In this document: piece after piece, positions 10,101-18,337 of the stretch
How the letters are laid out: the number at the start of each line of letters is the position of its first letter
How positions within the stretch are numbered: position 1 is the first letter of the stretch
IMG/VR virus record: IMGVR_UViG_3300009514_000001
Location: 62,001 to 126,000 of that record
Strand: one strand, 5' to 3'
Length of the DNA stretch: 64,000 bases
Made by a program: the position numbers and the translations under genes
Notes under the pieces: model-generated
The model's database searches: none
Seen by the model: only the letters and a program-made list of their open reading frames with translations
What the model was told of the DNA's origin: nothing

Positions 10101-13100
10101 AGGGGAGGAGTTCGGAATACCTAACATCTACCAACCCGCCAGTCTTCACTACCGGAACGGCCATGCCAGGGAACAGAGAGGAGGCTGTGGTAAGGGGGAG
10201 TTTTTCTCCTCCAATCCTTAGGTTGTCCAGAAGAAAGGAACCGTTTGTCTCAGCGACTTTCTCTGCCAGCTTACGAGCTTCGACATAGGAAGGAACCAAC
10301 TTGTTAAAGGTACGACGACCCCCTTTGACCACATAGGTTGCTAGCCCGCAGCTATCTACGTCGTCTCCAGACCATGACATCGAGACCCTAGAACCGACTT
10401 GATACCGGACAGACCGATGAGCATTGAGAGAAACGACCCTTCGAACCTCCTTGCCCCTAGTACTCGTCTGATTGACCCAATGAGGGTAGTCAAAGTAGAG
10501 ATCATGGGCCTCCAGTATCCGTCGTCCGTTATGTCCGAACTCCAAGAACACCCCGTTGATACGCTCCTGGTTACACCCCCGAACAGAGCCCCGAACAGAG
10601 CCCTCGTAGAGGTAGGTCGGAACCTGGTAGCGAAGGGAGTAGAGCTGTTCCTTGAGGAGAATGTCCTCCTCTTCACCCACTTCCAAGAGCCAAGCGCGAT
10701 CTGCCCTTTCTGAACCAGCCCTACTTGAGGAGCCTCCCGCACTTCGAGAAAAAGGACGAGTCGAGGCACCGATACGAAAACCGAGGTCCTCCCGGTACAT
10801 GAGGTAAAGACCCATTTGACCCTCGGGAAGGAGGCCTCGGAAAGGGGTCGCATAGATGCGGTGGTTGGGGGACATCACCAGCTCACGTCCAGAGGAGGTG
10901 GTGATACGATATCCCCTCGACCAGTTGCTCTTTTTCTTGGCCAACACCCTGTTGTAGACCACCTTTCCATTCTCGAACGAGAGGACTGAGCCGCCCACCT
11001 GGACATCACGGATGGCCTTCTCCCCTTCCGGAGTGTAGACGAGGGTCGACCCTAGGACGCAAGCATTCAAATCCTGAGCTTCGTCGACGACGACCATTTT
11101 GAACCGACGTTGGATGCGAGTCCGCACGTTGCGGTTCTCAATCATCATCTTCGAGGCGCCGATGAGCATGTCATCGAAGTCGCCCTGGCCCTCGTACTCG
11201 CTGGCGTTTCCCTTGAGCCACTCGTAGGCCCCGTAGACTGCCGCATAGATGGAGGCGTTAGACTGGCTGAGTGCCCCGTCTCTGGCCCCATCCTGAACAG
11301 CCTTGCCGTGTTCCTCGTGAGCCGCCTTGCCAGGGGCCAGAAGCTGGCCCTTGGTCTTTGAGACGTAGAGGGCGAAACGACCAATGGGGATGGCCGACTT
11401 GGAGTCGCCGGACCCTTCATGGAAGTCATCGTCCCAGGAGGCCCCCAAGTTGAACCACTGGTTCGCCGGCTGCTCTCCCCAGATGGGATTCTTGCTCTTG
11501 ACCCGACCTGACCACGGGGGCTCGTCGGTTTCATCACGGGCGGTCCTTAGGACCGAACTTGTAGTCGCCACAGAAGCGAGCTTGTAGTGGCCCCACCCCC
11601 GACGTTGGAGGGCTCGACGGGTACCTCCGCGCTCATTCTGGTCGGAGGTGACGGCATAGCCCAAGGCACGGTTGATGAAGTCCTTCTGCTTCTGAGTCAT
11701 CTTGGTGGGGTCGACAGGACTCGACTTCCACTTCTGAATGATGGATTGGGACTGGCGGTTCCACCTACTTGGACCGTACTTGCCTTCGTTCCATTTCAGG
11801 AAGTCCATGACGGCAAGAAACACTGAAGAAAGCTCGTCGATTCGCTCTTGGGACTCGTCGACATCGCCCTGCACCTTGGGGAAGAAGGTGGCTTCCGCGT
11901 CGGGCTGGGGCCAGGAGTCCTGCGAGGGCATCATGAGAACCTGGAGGATGGACAGACGAACCAGCTCGGCCTGGTCATATCCTGAGATGATCTTGCCACC
12001 TCTCCTCTTGCCGTAGGTCATACCCATCTTCAGAGCGACGCTGTGGGTCGTCCCGAAGCCTGACTTGCCCTGGCGGTCGGCGTCGATATCGCCGCCGTAG
12101 TTCTTGACGCGCTCAATAAGCTCGGCGCTCGACTTCTTCGTGAAGGAGCAGGCCAGAATCTGGTTGGCCGTCAGACCCACCTCGTTCATATGGTAGACGA
12201 TCTTGCCCGCCAGAACTCTCGTGTTGTGAGAGACAACACCGTTCGCAAGGAAGCTGTGCGTTGTCGGGACCGTGAAGTCATAGACCCGGTGGGTACCCTC
12301 CACACGACGCACCGACACCACCTCGTCAAGGCACATGTCGGAGAGCTTATGGAGAATAGCCGCCTCTGGTCCTTCTGCACCTTTCACGAGACGTTTGAGT
12401 TGCGCCCTTGACGGAGTTCGGTTGCCGAGCAAGTAGTGCTTGACCTGGACCCATCGGTCATCCATCAACAGCGACTGAGACTTCCCGTGCCATCTACCGG
12501 CTTGCTTCCACCACTCTCGGACACCTTTGAGAAGGTCTCCTACATGGGGTACTCCGATGTTGGGGTTGCAGTCCTTTGCGCACAGACTATTCAGGTCATC
12601 GGCCTTCTTGAAGTCGTATCGGAACCCAACGACCTCCCGGAACCCCCGGAGCTGGTCACCGCTGATGAGGATGCGCCAGTACGTGTGGTCGTACCCCTCA
12701 ACATGCTTGGGCTTGAGCATTCCTACAACGCCGAGGCCCAGGAGCATCTGGTGTACCTGACGGGCAAGCGTCTCTGAGGCTGACAACCACTCGAAAGAAC
12801 GGTCTCCAGTAGCCGTGCCGTCTGTATCAAACAGACCCTGCAAAAACCTGATCCTCTCCGCGTCGGAAGAGGACAGGAGCCACGCTGGGACTATCTTGTC
12901 TCGCGCGGAGGAGAAGAACATTCCCTGCTGACGGAGACGCTCCTGAAGTGAGGCACTCCAAAACGTGTGAGTAACGCTCTTCATGTCCTCTTTGGTTGTC
13001 TCTTTGGTTGTCTCTTTGGGTTGCTCGCCCCAGAATTTCTGGGCTAGGCGATAGAAGTGAGAAGGAAGGAAGTCGCCCCCACGAGACCAACAAACTCTGG

Positions 13101-14358
13101 TCTTCTTCGAATCACACCAACCATCACCCATGAACATGCCCAGGAGGTATGCCTCTTCCGGGTCGACGTTCTCCTTTCCCGTGTCAAGAGCATACCCAGG
13201 CTTGAGGACTACGAACTGCCCCTCTTTCATGACATCGAGACGCGTCCACACGGATTGCCCGTCCCAAGTCAGGAGAGGGTGCTCTGGAGTCCCTCGTAGG
13301 CGGATGCCTGAACGAGTTTGGACTTCGATGACCTTGCTCTCCCCCATGTCGAGCCAGGTGGCCTTCTCCAGAGTTGTGTCCAGGGTTTCCGGATTGACCG
13401 ACTTGACCCAGTCCTTTCCACTACACTGATCTAGGCGGAAGGTACCACCCTCAAGTGCCACAAGGGCATCTCCCGTCAGGCATTTGCCCGATCCCGCCCC
13501 GGCTGCAATGACAGCCCGGCCCCGAACCAGCATCGCATCCTCCTGCTCCGGAGAGAGGTTGATGTGTTTGCCAGTCTGTGTCCTGAATTCCTGGGCGGGG
13601 GGGATGGACTTCGAGGCCGCCACAGCCGCTACTGAGGTAGGAGCTTGGCTCGTCTCGACGACCTCTTCGATGCGAGCGTTCAGGGCCGCTTTTCGCTCCT
13701 TGAGAGCTACGGAGCGAGCTTCTGTGGGGTCTGTGGAGGAGATGGCCTGCTTGACGTCTGCGACCTTCTCAGCCAGTATCGCAACCGTCTCGGCGTCCGA
13801 CTGGGCCTCTTCGGTCTCGCTCAGTCCGGCGCCGAGGTTCTGTGCCGCGACCTTGACCCAGTTGCGTGGCTTGACGATGCCACTGACGGCCGGGATGGCT
13901 GCCAAGGCCCTCAGGACGGCCGCCGGGTCTTCCAGCTTCGAGGCATGGAGAACGCCCTTGACGGCGGCTCGGGAGCGACCCGTGAACACACTGCGTAGGA
14001 CGTCTGCCTTGTTGACCAAACGACTGAGAGCTGTGGTCAGGAAGTCTACCTGAGCGAAGACGACGACGTCGGCGCGACCTTTGGCCCGCTTCGCCTTGTT
14101 CATCTTGCCCTTGACGCCACCAATGCGTCCCTCCTCGACCAAGGGATACATGTGCTTCTTTAGGTTGGCCTCCATCTCCTTGCGATAGAGACGGGCGATC
14201 TCAAAGCCCCGCTTGAGATGGTCGTCGCGACCGCGGGCTTCCATACCTCGGGCGTAAGCCCCGAACCCAACCCAGAAGACACTGAGGTCCACCAGGCGGT
14301 CTGGTGTAGTCACATGGTCGCTGCCTTTCTTCTTCGCCGCTGCTTCGCGAGTAGTCAT
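7123..14358 (-). CDS. uvrD: UvrD/PcrA-family SF1 helicase with three inteins and a long N-terminal extension
   Basis: After removing the inteins: AGAGSGK|T, FTKKSS, VDEAQD, GDDKQ|SIYSFRGA, NYRS, TVHGWKGLE, ERRLAYVAVTR. Confidence 0.95.
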   Translation of the reverse strand: MTTREAAAKKKGSDHVTTPDRLVDLSVFWVGFGAYARGMEARGRDDHLKRGFEIARLYRKEMEANLKKHMYPLVEEGRIGGVKGKMNKAKRAKGRADVVVFAQVDFLTTALSRLVNKADVLRSVFTGRSRAAVKGVLHASKLEDPAAVLRALAAIPAVSGIVKPRNWVKVAAQNLGAGLSETEEAQSDAETVAILAEKVADVKQAISSTDPTEARSVALKERKAALNARIEEVVETSQAPTSVAAVAASKSIPPAQEFRTQTGKHINLSPEQEDAMLVRGRAVIAAGAGSGKCLTGDALVALEGGTFRLDQCSGKDWVKSVNPETLDTTLEKATWLDMGESKVIEVQTRSGIRLRGTPEHPLLTWDGQSVWTRLDVMKEGQFVVLKPGYALDTGKENVDPEEAYLLGMFMGDGWCDSKKTRVCWSRGGDFLPSHFYRLAQKFWGEQPKETTKETTKEDMKSVTHTFWSASLQERLRQQGMFFSSARDKIVPAWLLSSSDAERIRFLQGLFDTDGTATGDRSFEWLSASETLARQVHQMLLGLGVVGMLKPKHVEGYDHTYWRILISGDQLRGFREVVGFRYDFKKADDLNSLCAKDCNPNIGVPHVGDLLKGVREWWKQAGRWHGKSQSLLMDDRWVQVKHYLLGNRTPSRAQLKRLVKGAEGPEAAILHKLSDMCLDEVVSVRRVEGTHRVYDFTVPTTHSFLANGVVSHNTRVLAGKIVYHMNEVGLTANQILACSFTKKSSAELIERVKNYGGDIDADRQGKSGFGTTHSVALKMGMTYGKRRGGKIISGYDQAELVRLSILQVLMMPSQDSWPQPDAEATFFPKVQGDVDESQERIDELSSVFLAVMDFLKWNEGKYGPSRWNRQSQSIIQKWKSSPVDPTKMTQKQKDFINRALGYAVTSDQNERGGTRRALQRRGWGHYKLASVATTSSVLRTARDETDEPPWSGRVKSKNPIWGEQPANQWFNLGASWDDDFHEGSGDSKSAIPIGRFALYVSKTKGQLLAPGKAAHEEHGKAVQDGARDGALSQSNASIYAAVYGAYEWLKGNASEYEGQGDFDDMLIGASKMMIENRNVRTRIQRRFKMVVVDEAQDLNACVLGSTLVYTPEGEKAIRDVQVGGSVLSFENGKVVYNRVLAKKKSNWSRGYRITTSSGRELVMSPNHRIYATPFRGLLPEGQMGLYLMYREDLGFRIGASTRPFSRSAGGSSSRAGSERADRAWLLEVGEEEDILLKEQLYSLRYQVPTYLYEGSVRGSVRGCNQERINGVFLEFGHNGRRILEAHDLYFDYPHWVNQTSTRGKEVRRVVSLNAHRSVRYQVGSRVSMSWSGDDVDSCGLATYVVKGGRRTFNKLVPSYVEARKLAEKVAETNGSFLLDNLRIGGEKLPLTTASSLFPGMAVPVVKTGGLVDVRYSELLPLSEYRRLASRLGIDCSGMGKGAREKFHTLMRKEQLRRAEDPLPPLRESSVELEIIEEVALVDGGEFFDIEVERASNFFGGDILSHNSQHLFVGLVAGYYDPETQEPREDGDMTADTLALIGDDKQCVAANSVIATPGGNSKHASAIQPGDVVLSYRNGKVVPQKVRHAVKSSWTWGLDVITEGGQHLLMSPNHKLWVGDIITEGGQHIVYLMWRRDMGFRVGVTNKGKDTQYLNHFGGRAFLEKAEKLWVIDVCEDREKALLKETQYSLRYGIPTAVFNGVHRGLNQDRIETLFREFGRNGGRLLEARNLSFDLPNWMSRSYTKHGRKRRTLNMIAHSGANTQVAMEWTGYDLDDCLEGVRFVRTAQGRNRLRRWFANYRDALAFAQDVVQRTGAMLSRRLSTPEGPMRLVTASAVKPGMTVPVLVPMFKGRAISGPNLPEGAQYTIVQEKVVAVNRTEDTKFVDLDVEDASNFFANGILSHNSIYSFRGADPDLFIEKSDLTPGGEGFETKILRMNYRSGSAIVDAANQMIAHNEKQIKMVCQANVERKGEGSIREVTVPSREALGPYVAQAIADQVQGDDASLKARDFGIAVRTNREAYEYGVAMIQLGIPFRSKYNFFKGPAKSVLSLMQLSNMGASALTEPAKRVDPLVLDALRSLNWGISINTFKKAASKARGKNLLAWLLGGGWDEVYVGRARRRNREYVKPFADYLQEITLLSSKDRDTPLDTQGLLNYILDRKGGQDDKSITDNLVERVKNDAKAMEDVSASALKGTEDVTLEQAIEDYALGPLTILKTAASSYPSIDEFASYMSELERANAKLQKSDNPNDPDFDAAVNAVQLDTVHGWKGLEAPHLFVPMWEGGGPGHGGFPHPNSESEEDIASERRLAYVAVTRGEDSVTIVRPDVLGTTKKGVTIRSKPSRFVTEGCIPSEDFTERTSSWLSDVEADQLLAQDLPDVEWPSEDILSRFSSRQNGPEELRAKWGEFLPEDM
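8653..9726 (-). mobile_element. Intein UvrD-3, 358 aa, sister of UvrD-2
   Basis: Starts CVAAN after GDDKQ and ends SHN|S; internal IVYLMWRRDMGFRVG. Confidence 0.92.
9844..11061 (-). mobile_element. Intein UvrD-2, 406 aa, non-LAGLIDADG (GIY-YIG-like) insert
   Basis: Starts CVLGS after DEAQDLNA and ends SHN|S; internal GLYLMYREDLGFRIG. Confidence 0.92.
12223..13482 (-). mobile_element. Intein UvrD-1, 420 aa, LAGLIDADG type
   Basis: Starts CLTGD after the Walker A lysine and ends SHN|T; LLGMFMGDG and FLQGLFDTDG motifs. Confidence 0.95.
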
Positions 14359-14461
14359 CCGCTGGCCTCAATCAAGGTCAAACCGTACGAGGAGGTCTCT
14401 CTCTCTTACAAGATATCGACTTTCTATCGACCCACTAGATCACACAAAGGCGCAGGGGTCT

Positions 14462-15055
14462 TTAGTCGGGCATCTCCAGGACGCTCTCAGCCTTGGCCTG
14501 GACAACTTGTCTCTGGCTGTCTTTCCGGGCCAGCTTCTCAGAGCGTCGCATATGCTCGAAAACACGTTGGGTGCTCCCTTTGAGATGCCGGTTCCCCTCT
14601 CGGGTCGTGAGCCCCACCGCGCCGGTCTTGATGTCCTTAACCAGGGAGGGCTCCATGTTCTGGATAGTGATGGTCCACTCGAAGGGCATCACGTCGCCGG
14701 CCCCAATCCAGAGAGCCCCTCCGTCCCCGCCGCGGACGACCTCAGTCTTCTTGAAAAGGAGACGTCCCGGCTTCTTGATAGGGTCATCGGTGCGTAGTCG
14801 CAGCTCCAGGTCGAAGAAGGTGACCGGGATGCGAATCGCAGGAGAGGAGAAGGTCAGGGTGAATCGGAGCTTGAGGTTGGCGTCGCCCTTGATGATCTCG
14901 TCGAAGGAGTTGACCACGCCCCACCCAACGACATGGATGACCATGGCATCCTTGTCGACCAGGCGATCGAGGACCTCCTGTTCATCCTCCGACATCGGGG
15001 CGTAGAGGAAGTTAGGGTTCCCACCACCAAACATGTTGCCGTCAGCCATCGCCAC
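14462..15055 (-). CDS. Hypothetical protein, about 197 aa
   Basis: Protein-like co-oriented ORF. Confidence 0.75.
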   Translation of the reverse strand: MAMADGNMFGGGNPNFLYAPMSEDEQEVLDRLVDKDAMVIHVVGWGVVNSFDEIIKGDANLKLRFTLTFSSPAIRIPVTFFDLELRLRTDDPIKKPGRLLFKKTEVVRGGDGGALWIGAGDVMPFEWTITIQNMEPSLVKDIKTGAVGLTTREGNRHLKGSTQRVFEHMRRSEKLARKDSQRQVVQAKAESVLEMPD

Positions 15056-15494
15056 CTCGATTGAGAATCCGTACGTGACAAGCCCGGGGATTGCCGTCTC
15101 TCAGACCAGGGTAGAACTCTACCTCGTCGCCGGGCTTCGGAACATGATTCTCTCGGACTTCACTTCGATGGAGGAAGAGCGATTGGTCCCCACTCTGGAT
15201 GAACCCGTACCCTCTGACAGTGTCAAACTTCTCGACACGACCCCGCACGGGGGTTGTGTCAGATAGTCTGATGACACGGTCCGCCCGGGGGGCCTTGCGG
15301 CCTGACCCGAGGTCGAAGTCTACATGAACCTCGACATGCTCACCAGCGATAGGCGGTGGTGGGTCATCTCCCCCACCTGGACCGTGTTCGAAACACGCCA
15401 GGTGGAAGAAGGCCTCCCTGCCTTCCTCGTCGCGGAGGAATCCGTACATTTTCGCGACGAGATATCTGTGGATGTGCATGCGTACCGTGGCCAC
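15042..15494 (-). CDS. Tandem cold-shock-domain protein
   Basis: Two RNP1/RNP2-like pairs: MYGFL...AFFH and GYGFI...LFLHRSEV, the second followed by GDEVEF. Confidence 0.85.
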   Translation of the reverse strand: MATVRMHIHRYLVAKMYGFLRDEEGREAFFHLACFEHGPGGGDDPPPPIAGEHVEVHVDFDLGSGRKAPRADRVIRLSDTTPVRGRVEKFDTVRGYGFIQSGDQSLFLHRSEVRENHVPKPGDEVEFYPGLRDGNPRACHVRILNRGGDG

Positions 15495-15501
15495 ACGAGC
15501 C

Positions 15502-15717
15502 TCACTCCGGAGCTTGGTTCAACGCGTCCAGAATCTCGGCTTTGGTGTTCCGACTGGTTACGTCCAGGCCGCGCTCCTGTGCAGCCTGTAGAAGCTCGGC
15601 CTTGGTGTTGCTCATGGAGAGCACCTCGGGTTCCGAGACGGGTTCTGGCACCGGGGCCGGGGACTCGGGGAACTTCCGAGCCCTTCTCTTCATAAATGGG
15701 GGTGTCCACTGACTCAT
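15502..15717 (-). CDS. Small protein with a Rho-N/HeH-like domain
   Basis: TKAELLQAAQERGLDVTSRNTKAEILDAL; ATG 15717 follows GAGGAG. Confidence 0.65.
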   Translation of the reverse strand: MSQWTPPFMKRRARKFPESPAPVPEPVSEPEVLSMSNTKAELLQAAQERGLDVTSRNTKAEILDALNQAPE

Positions 15718-15832
15718 GGATGTCATCTCCTCAAGGACGAGTATCTGGCTGGGGGGCACTTTGCCAAGCGCGCCCTCTTCTTAGAGTACCTGGGTTTGGT
15801 CAAGTTCGCGAACAGCACCCGAGACCAGGGCC

Positions 15833-16228
15833 CTACTGGCTTTCCTCAGGACCATCCTTCCCCCTCAAGCTCGTGGCGACCCCGAGACTGGCATTGATTT
15901 TGGCAATTCGGACAAATTTGTCGAGGGAGGCCTGACCCAGAATTGTGCCCGTTTGGACAAACCCGCTGACGATGATGATCCCCATCATCAGGCCCCATGC
16001 AAGGACAGAAAGATCCCGCCCATACACGAACAGCATGGCAGCCAGAATGGCCTTCCACCCCGCCTCTGCGATAAGGTAGGCAATGAACTTTTTGCTACTC
16101 AGAGGGGACTTCTCAAAGTTGTGGCCCTGTTCGTCCTCGGACTCTGGCCCGGGCTCCACCTCGTCGACGACGATATCGATGTCGTCGGGGTCCACCATCT
16201 CTGGGTCCATCGGTTCGTGGTCTGACAT
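15833..16228 (-). CDS. Two-transmembrane membrane protein, holin-like
   Basis: Acidic N-terminus, KKF, then two hydrophobic segments; TGATG coupling to the upstream gene. Confidence 0.6.
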   Translation of the reverse strand: MSDHEPMDPEMVDPDDIDIVVDEVEPGPESEDEQGHNFEKSPLSSKKFIAYLIAEAGWKAILAAMLFVYGRDLSVLAWGLMMGIIIVSGFVQTGTILGQASLDKFVRIAKINASLGVATSLRGKDGPEESQ

Positions 16229-16680
16229 CAGGGTCCTCCGAAGTATCCACCGCGAGGACCAGTGGTGCGGATGCCAACCGTGTTGAACTTGCGCATGAGG
16301 TCGTCCGCTTCGTCGCGGGTGTCCTTGGCAGGTGTGAACACGAACGGACAGCGGGTGCGCAGATTGTTGAGTCTGTCCTGCTCTTGAGGCAGGAGACTGG
16401 GGAGAACCTTCTCGAAGTCCTCCCGGGCCTTTGCAATGGTCCGGAGTGCATGGAGGATGAACCCATCCTCCAGGTGCATGGGGTTGGCAGGGTCGCCGGG
16501 GTTGCCGGAATTGTCGACCCAGGGGGTCGCTTCCTGACCCCACGTCAGGGCGTAACGCTGAGCCTCGAACTCGGCCCGGAACACAGTCCCGTCAGTTACT
16601 GTCCACTGCGGTGCCCCTCTGAGCGTGTTCTGCCCAGAGTCGTTCACCCACCAAATTCTCGCCAAATCGTCCGCCAGCAT
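16228..16680 (-). CDS. Hypothetical protein, 150 aa
   Basis: GAGGAGG ribosome-binding site before the ATG. Confidence 0.75.
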   Translation of the reverse strand: MLADDLARIWWVNDSGQNTLRGAPQWTVTDGTVFRAEFEAQRYALTWGQEATPWVDNSGNPGDPANPMHLEDGFILHALRTIAKAREDFEKVLPSLLPQEQDRLNNLRTRCPFVFTPAKDTRDEADDLMRKFNTVGIRTTGPRGGYFGGP

Positions 16681-16711
16681 ACCCCCTCCTCGGGCTCATA
16701 CACTGACGGAC

Positions 16712-16741
16712 AATATAGAAAGAACCGCAGACCGAGGTCAG
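16712..16741 (-). promoter_or_regulatory. Candidate sigma70-like promoter
   Basis: CTGACC-N18-TATATT on the minus strand, upstream of the gene starting at 16680. Confidence 0.3.
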
Positions 16742-17784
16742 TCCTCAATAAGAGCGTCGAACTCCGCCTCAGACAACCCAGCGTCTTCCAGGGCCTGGTT
16801 GGGGTCGATCTTGTCGGCGGTGTCGAGCATCTTGCCCATAAACCCCCCCGTCGTCCTCGGGATGACCTGCTTGACCTGCTTCGGCGGAGGAGATTCTTCC
16901 ACGTCCTCTTCCAAACCCTCGAAAAACTCCTCTCCAAGATCATCGTCTTGGCTGTCCGTGTCCAGCCCGTCCAGGAGACCTTTGGGGGCCCTCTTGATGC
17001 CGTTGGTCCCGGACGTCTTGGGTTTGGGCTTGGATGTCTTCACAATGGCCTTCCCGTTGGGTTTGGGCTCCTCGGCCTCGGCCTTCTTGGGTTCCTCGGC
17101 CTCGGCCTTCTTGGGCTCCTCGGCCTTCTTGGGTTCCTCGGCCTTCTTGGGTTCCTCGGCCTTCTTGGGTTCCTCGGCCTTCTTGGGTTCCTCGGCCTCG
17201 GCCTTCTTGGGCTCCTCGGCCTTCTTGGGCTCCTCGGCCTTCTTGGGCTCCTCGGCCTTCTTGGGCTCCTCGGCCTTCTTGGGCTCCTTGGTCGCTTCCT
17301 GACGAGCCGCCTCCGCGACGAGGAACGCCTGAATCTCTGTTCGTACCCGGCCCATGTGACTGATGTCCACTCCCAATTGCCGGGCCCACTGACGAAGAGG
17401 CTCCATAAACATCGTCTTGTGGGTATAGGCCCTCTTGGCCGGGGGGTCGACCAGTGGAGACCTACCATCTTCCTGTGCGGGAACGGAAACGGCGACACCC
17501 TCAAGGATAACCCACAACAAACCATCCGCGTCAACTCGGATGTTTGTGCCTCCTTCGCTCTCCGCCGCCATCTTGGTGAAGGGATTGTTGGGAAGACCGC
17601 GAGTCGCTTCCTTGACCGCCTCTTCGAGTTGTCTCCGACACCGAACCAGGTTGGACCATATAGTGTGGGAGGTCGCCGGGTCGGGGTGGTAGGCCTTGCT
17701 CGGCGCACTCAAGAGATGTTGGGCCAACTTTTGAGGCAAGGGGCGGCGGTTGCCACCATCGCGGTCATCGTCATCATCGCTCAT
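16738..17784 (-). CDS. Hypothetical protein with EEPKKA repeat linker
   Basis: ATG 17784 follows GAGGGGG; acidic and low-complexity tracts. Confidence 0.8.
   Translation of the reverse strand: MSDDDDDRDGGNRRPLPQKLAQHLLSAPSKAYHPDPATSHTIWSNLVRCRRQLEEAVKEATRGLPNNPFTKMAAESEGGTNIRVDADGLLWVILEGVAVSVPAQEDGRSPLVDPPAKRAYTHKTMFMEPLRQWARQLGVDISHMGRVRTEIQAFLVAEAARQEATKEPKKAEEPKKAEEPKKAEEPKKAEEPKKAEAEEPKKAEEPKKAEEPKKAEEPKKAEEPKKAEAEEPKKAEAEEPKPNGKAIVKTSKPKPKTSGTNGIKRAPKGLLDGLDTDSQDDDLGEEFFEGLEEDVEESPPPKQVKQVIPRTTGGFMGKMLDTADKIDPNQALEDAGLSEAEFDALIED
17065..17290 (-). repeat. Coding tandem repeat with 18/24-bp units, (E)EPKKA(EA) x11
   Basis: Direct repeats of GG(C/T)TCCTCGGCCTTCTTG on the plus strand. 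Confidence 0.95.
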
Positions 17785-17788
17785 GACA

Positions 17789-18274
17789 TCAACCCCCCTC
17801 AAGCTCGAAAGACACCCTCTCCAACTCGACGAACTCCCCTTCGACGAAGGACACGCGCCCACTGACGTTCATCCGGAAGGGACGGGACTTCTTGAACTGC
17901 TCGATGAGGCGGGTGTCCGTCAGCCGGAACCCTCCGCGCCAACCGAGAAGACTGGCATACAGGAAATCCAAGGCGGTAGGCTCGGAAATCTCGGCCACAT
18001 GACAGACTAGAAGGGGAACGTCCTTGACGTCGGCCCCTCGCTCAGGAACCTCGATCTTGCCCTCCGAGGCCTTCAGGCGTGACCTAGCTTCCAGGTAGTC
18101 GGCCTGGAAGCGGAGACTCTCCTGTTCCCCCTTCGAGAGTCCAGTCCCCTGCGCAATCTTGTCGACGTACAGGGTCTCAATCCGCATGTCCGGGTAGGAC
18201 TCCAGCGCCCACGCCAGGCGGGGGTTGTCCGAAGCCCAGGATTCGTACGCCTCAGTTTTCTTCATGTCACTCAA
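17789..18274 (-). CDS. Hypothetical protein, 161 aa
   Basis: TTG start 5 nt after AAGGAGG. Confidence 0.75.
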   Translation of the reverse strand: MSDMKKTEAYESWASDNPRLAWALESYPDMRIETLYVDKIAQGTGLSKGEQESLRFQADYLEARSRLKASEGKIEVPERGADVKDVPLLVCHVAEISEPTALDFLYASLLGWRGGFRLTDTRLIEQFKKSRPFRMNVSGRVSFVEGEFVELERVSFELEGG

Positions 18275-18337
18275 GGTCGCCTCCTTTCGACGGTTCTCTA
18301 GCCTTTCATACGACCGGCGAGACCAGAGTGGACCCCC

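Noticed and set aside
17065-17290. Possible CRISPR array
   Set aside because: Contiguous in-frame repeats with no unique spacers.
17900-17990. ALDFLY in the 161-aa protein, resembling the T4 clamp-binding motif
   Set aside because: Internal rather than C-terminal, single occurrence, plausibly chance.
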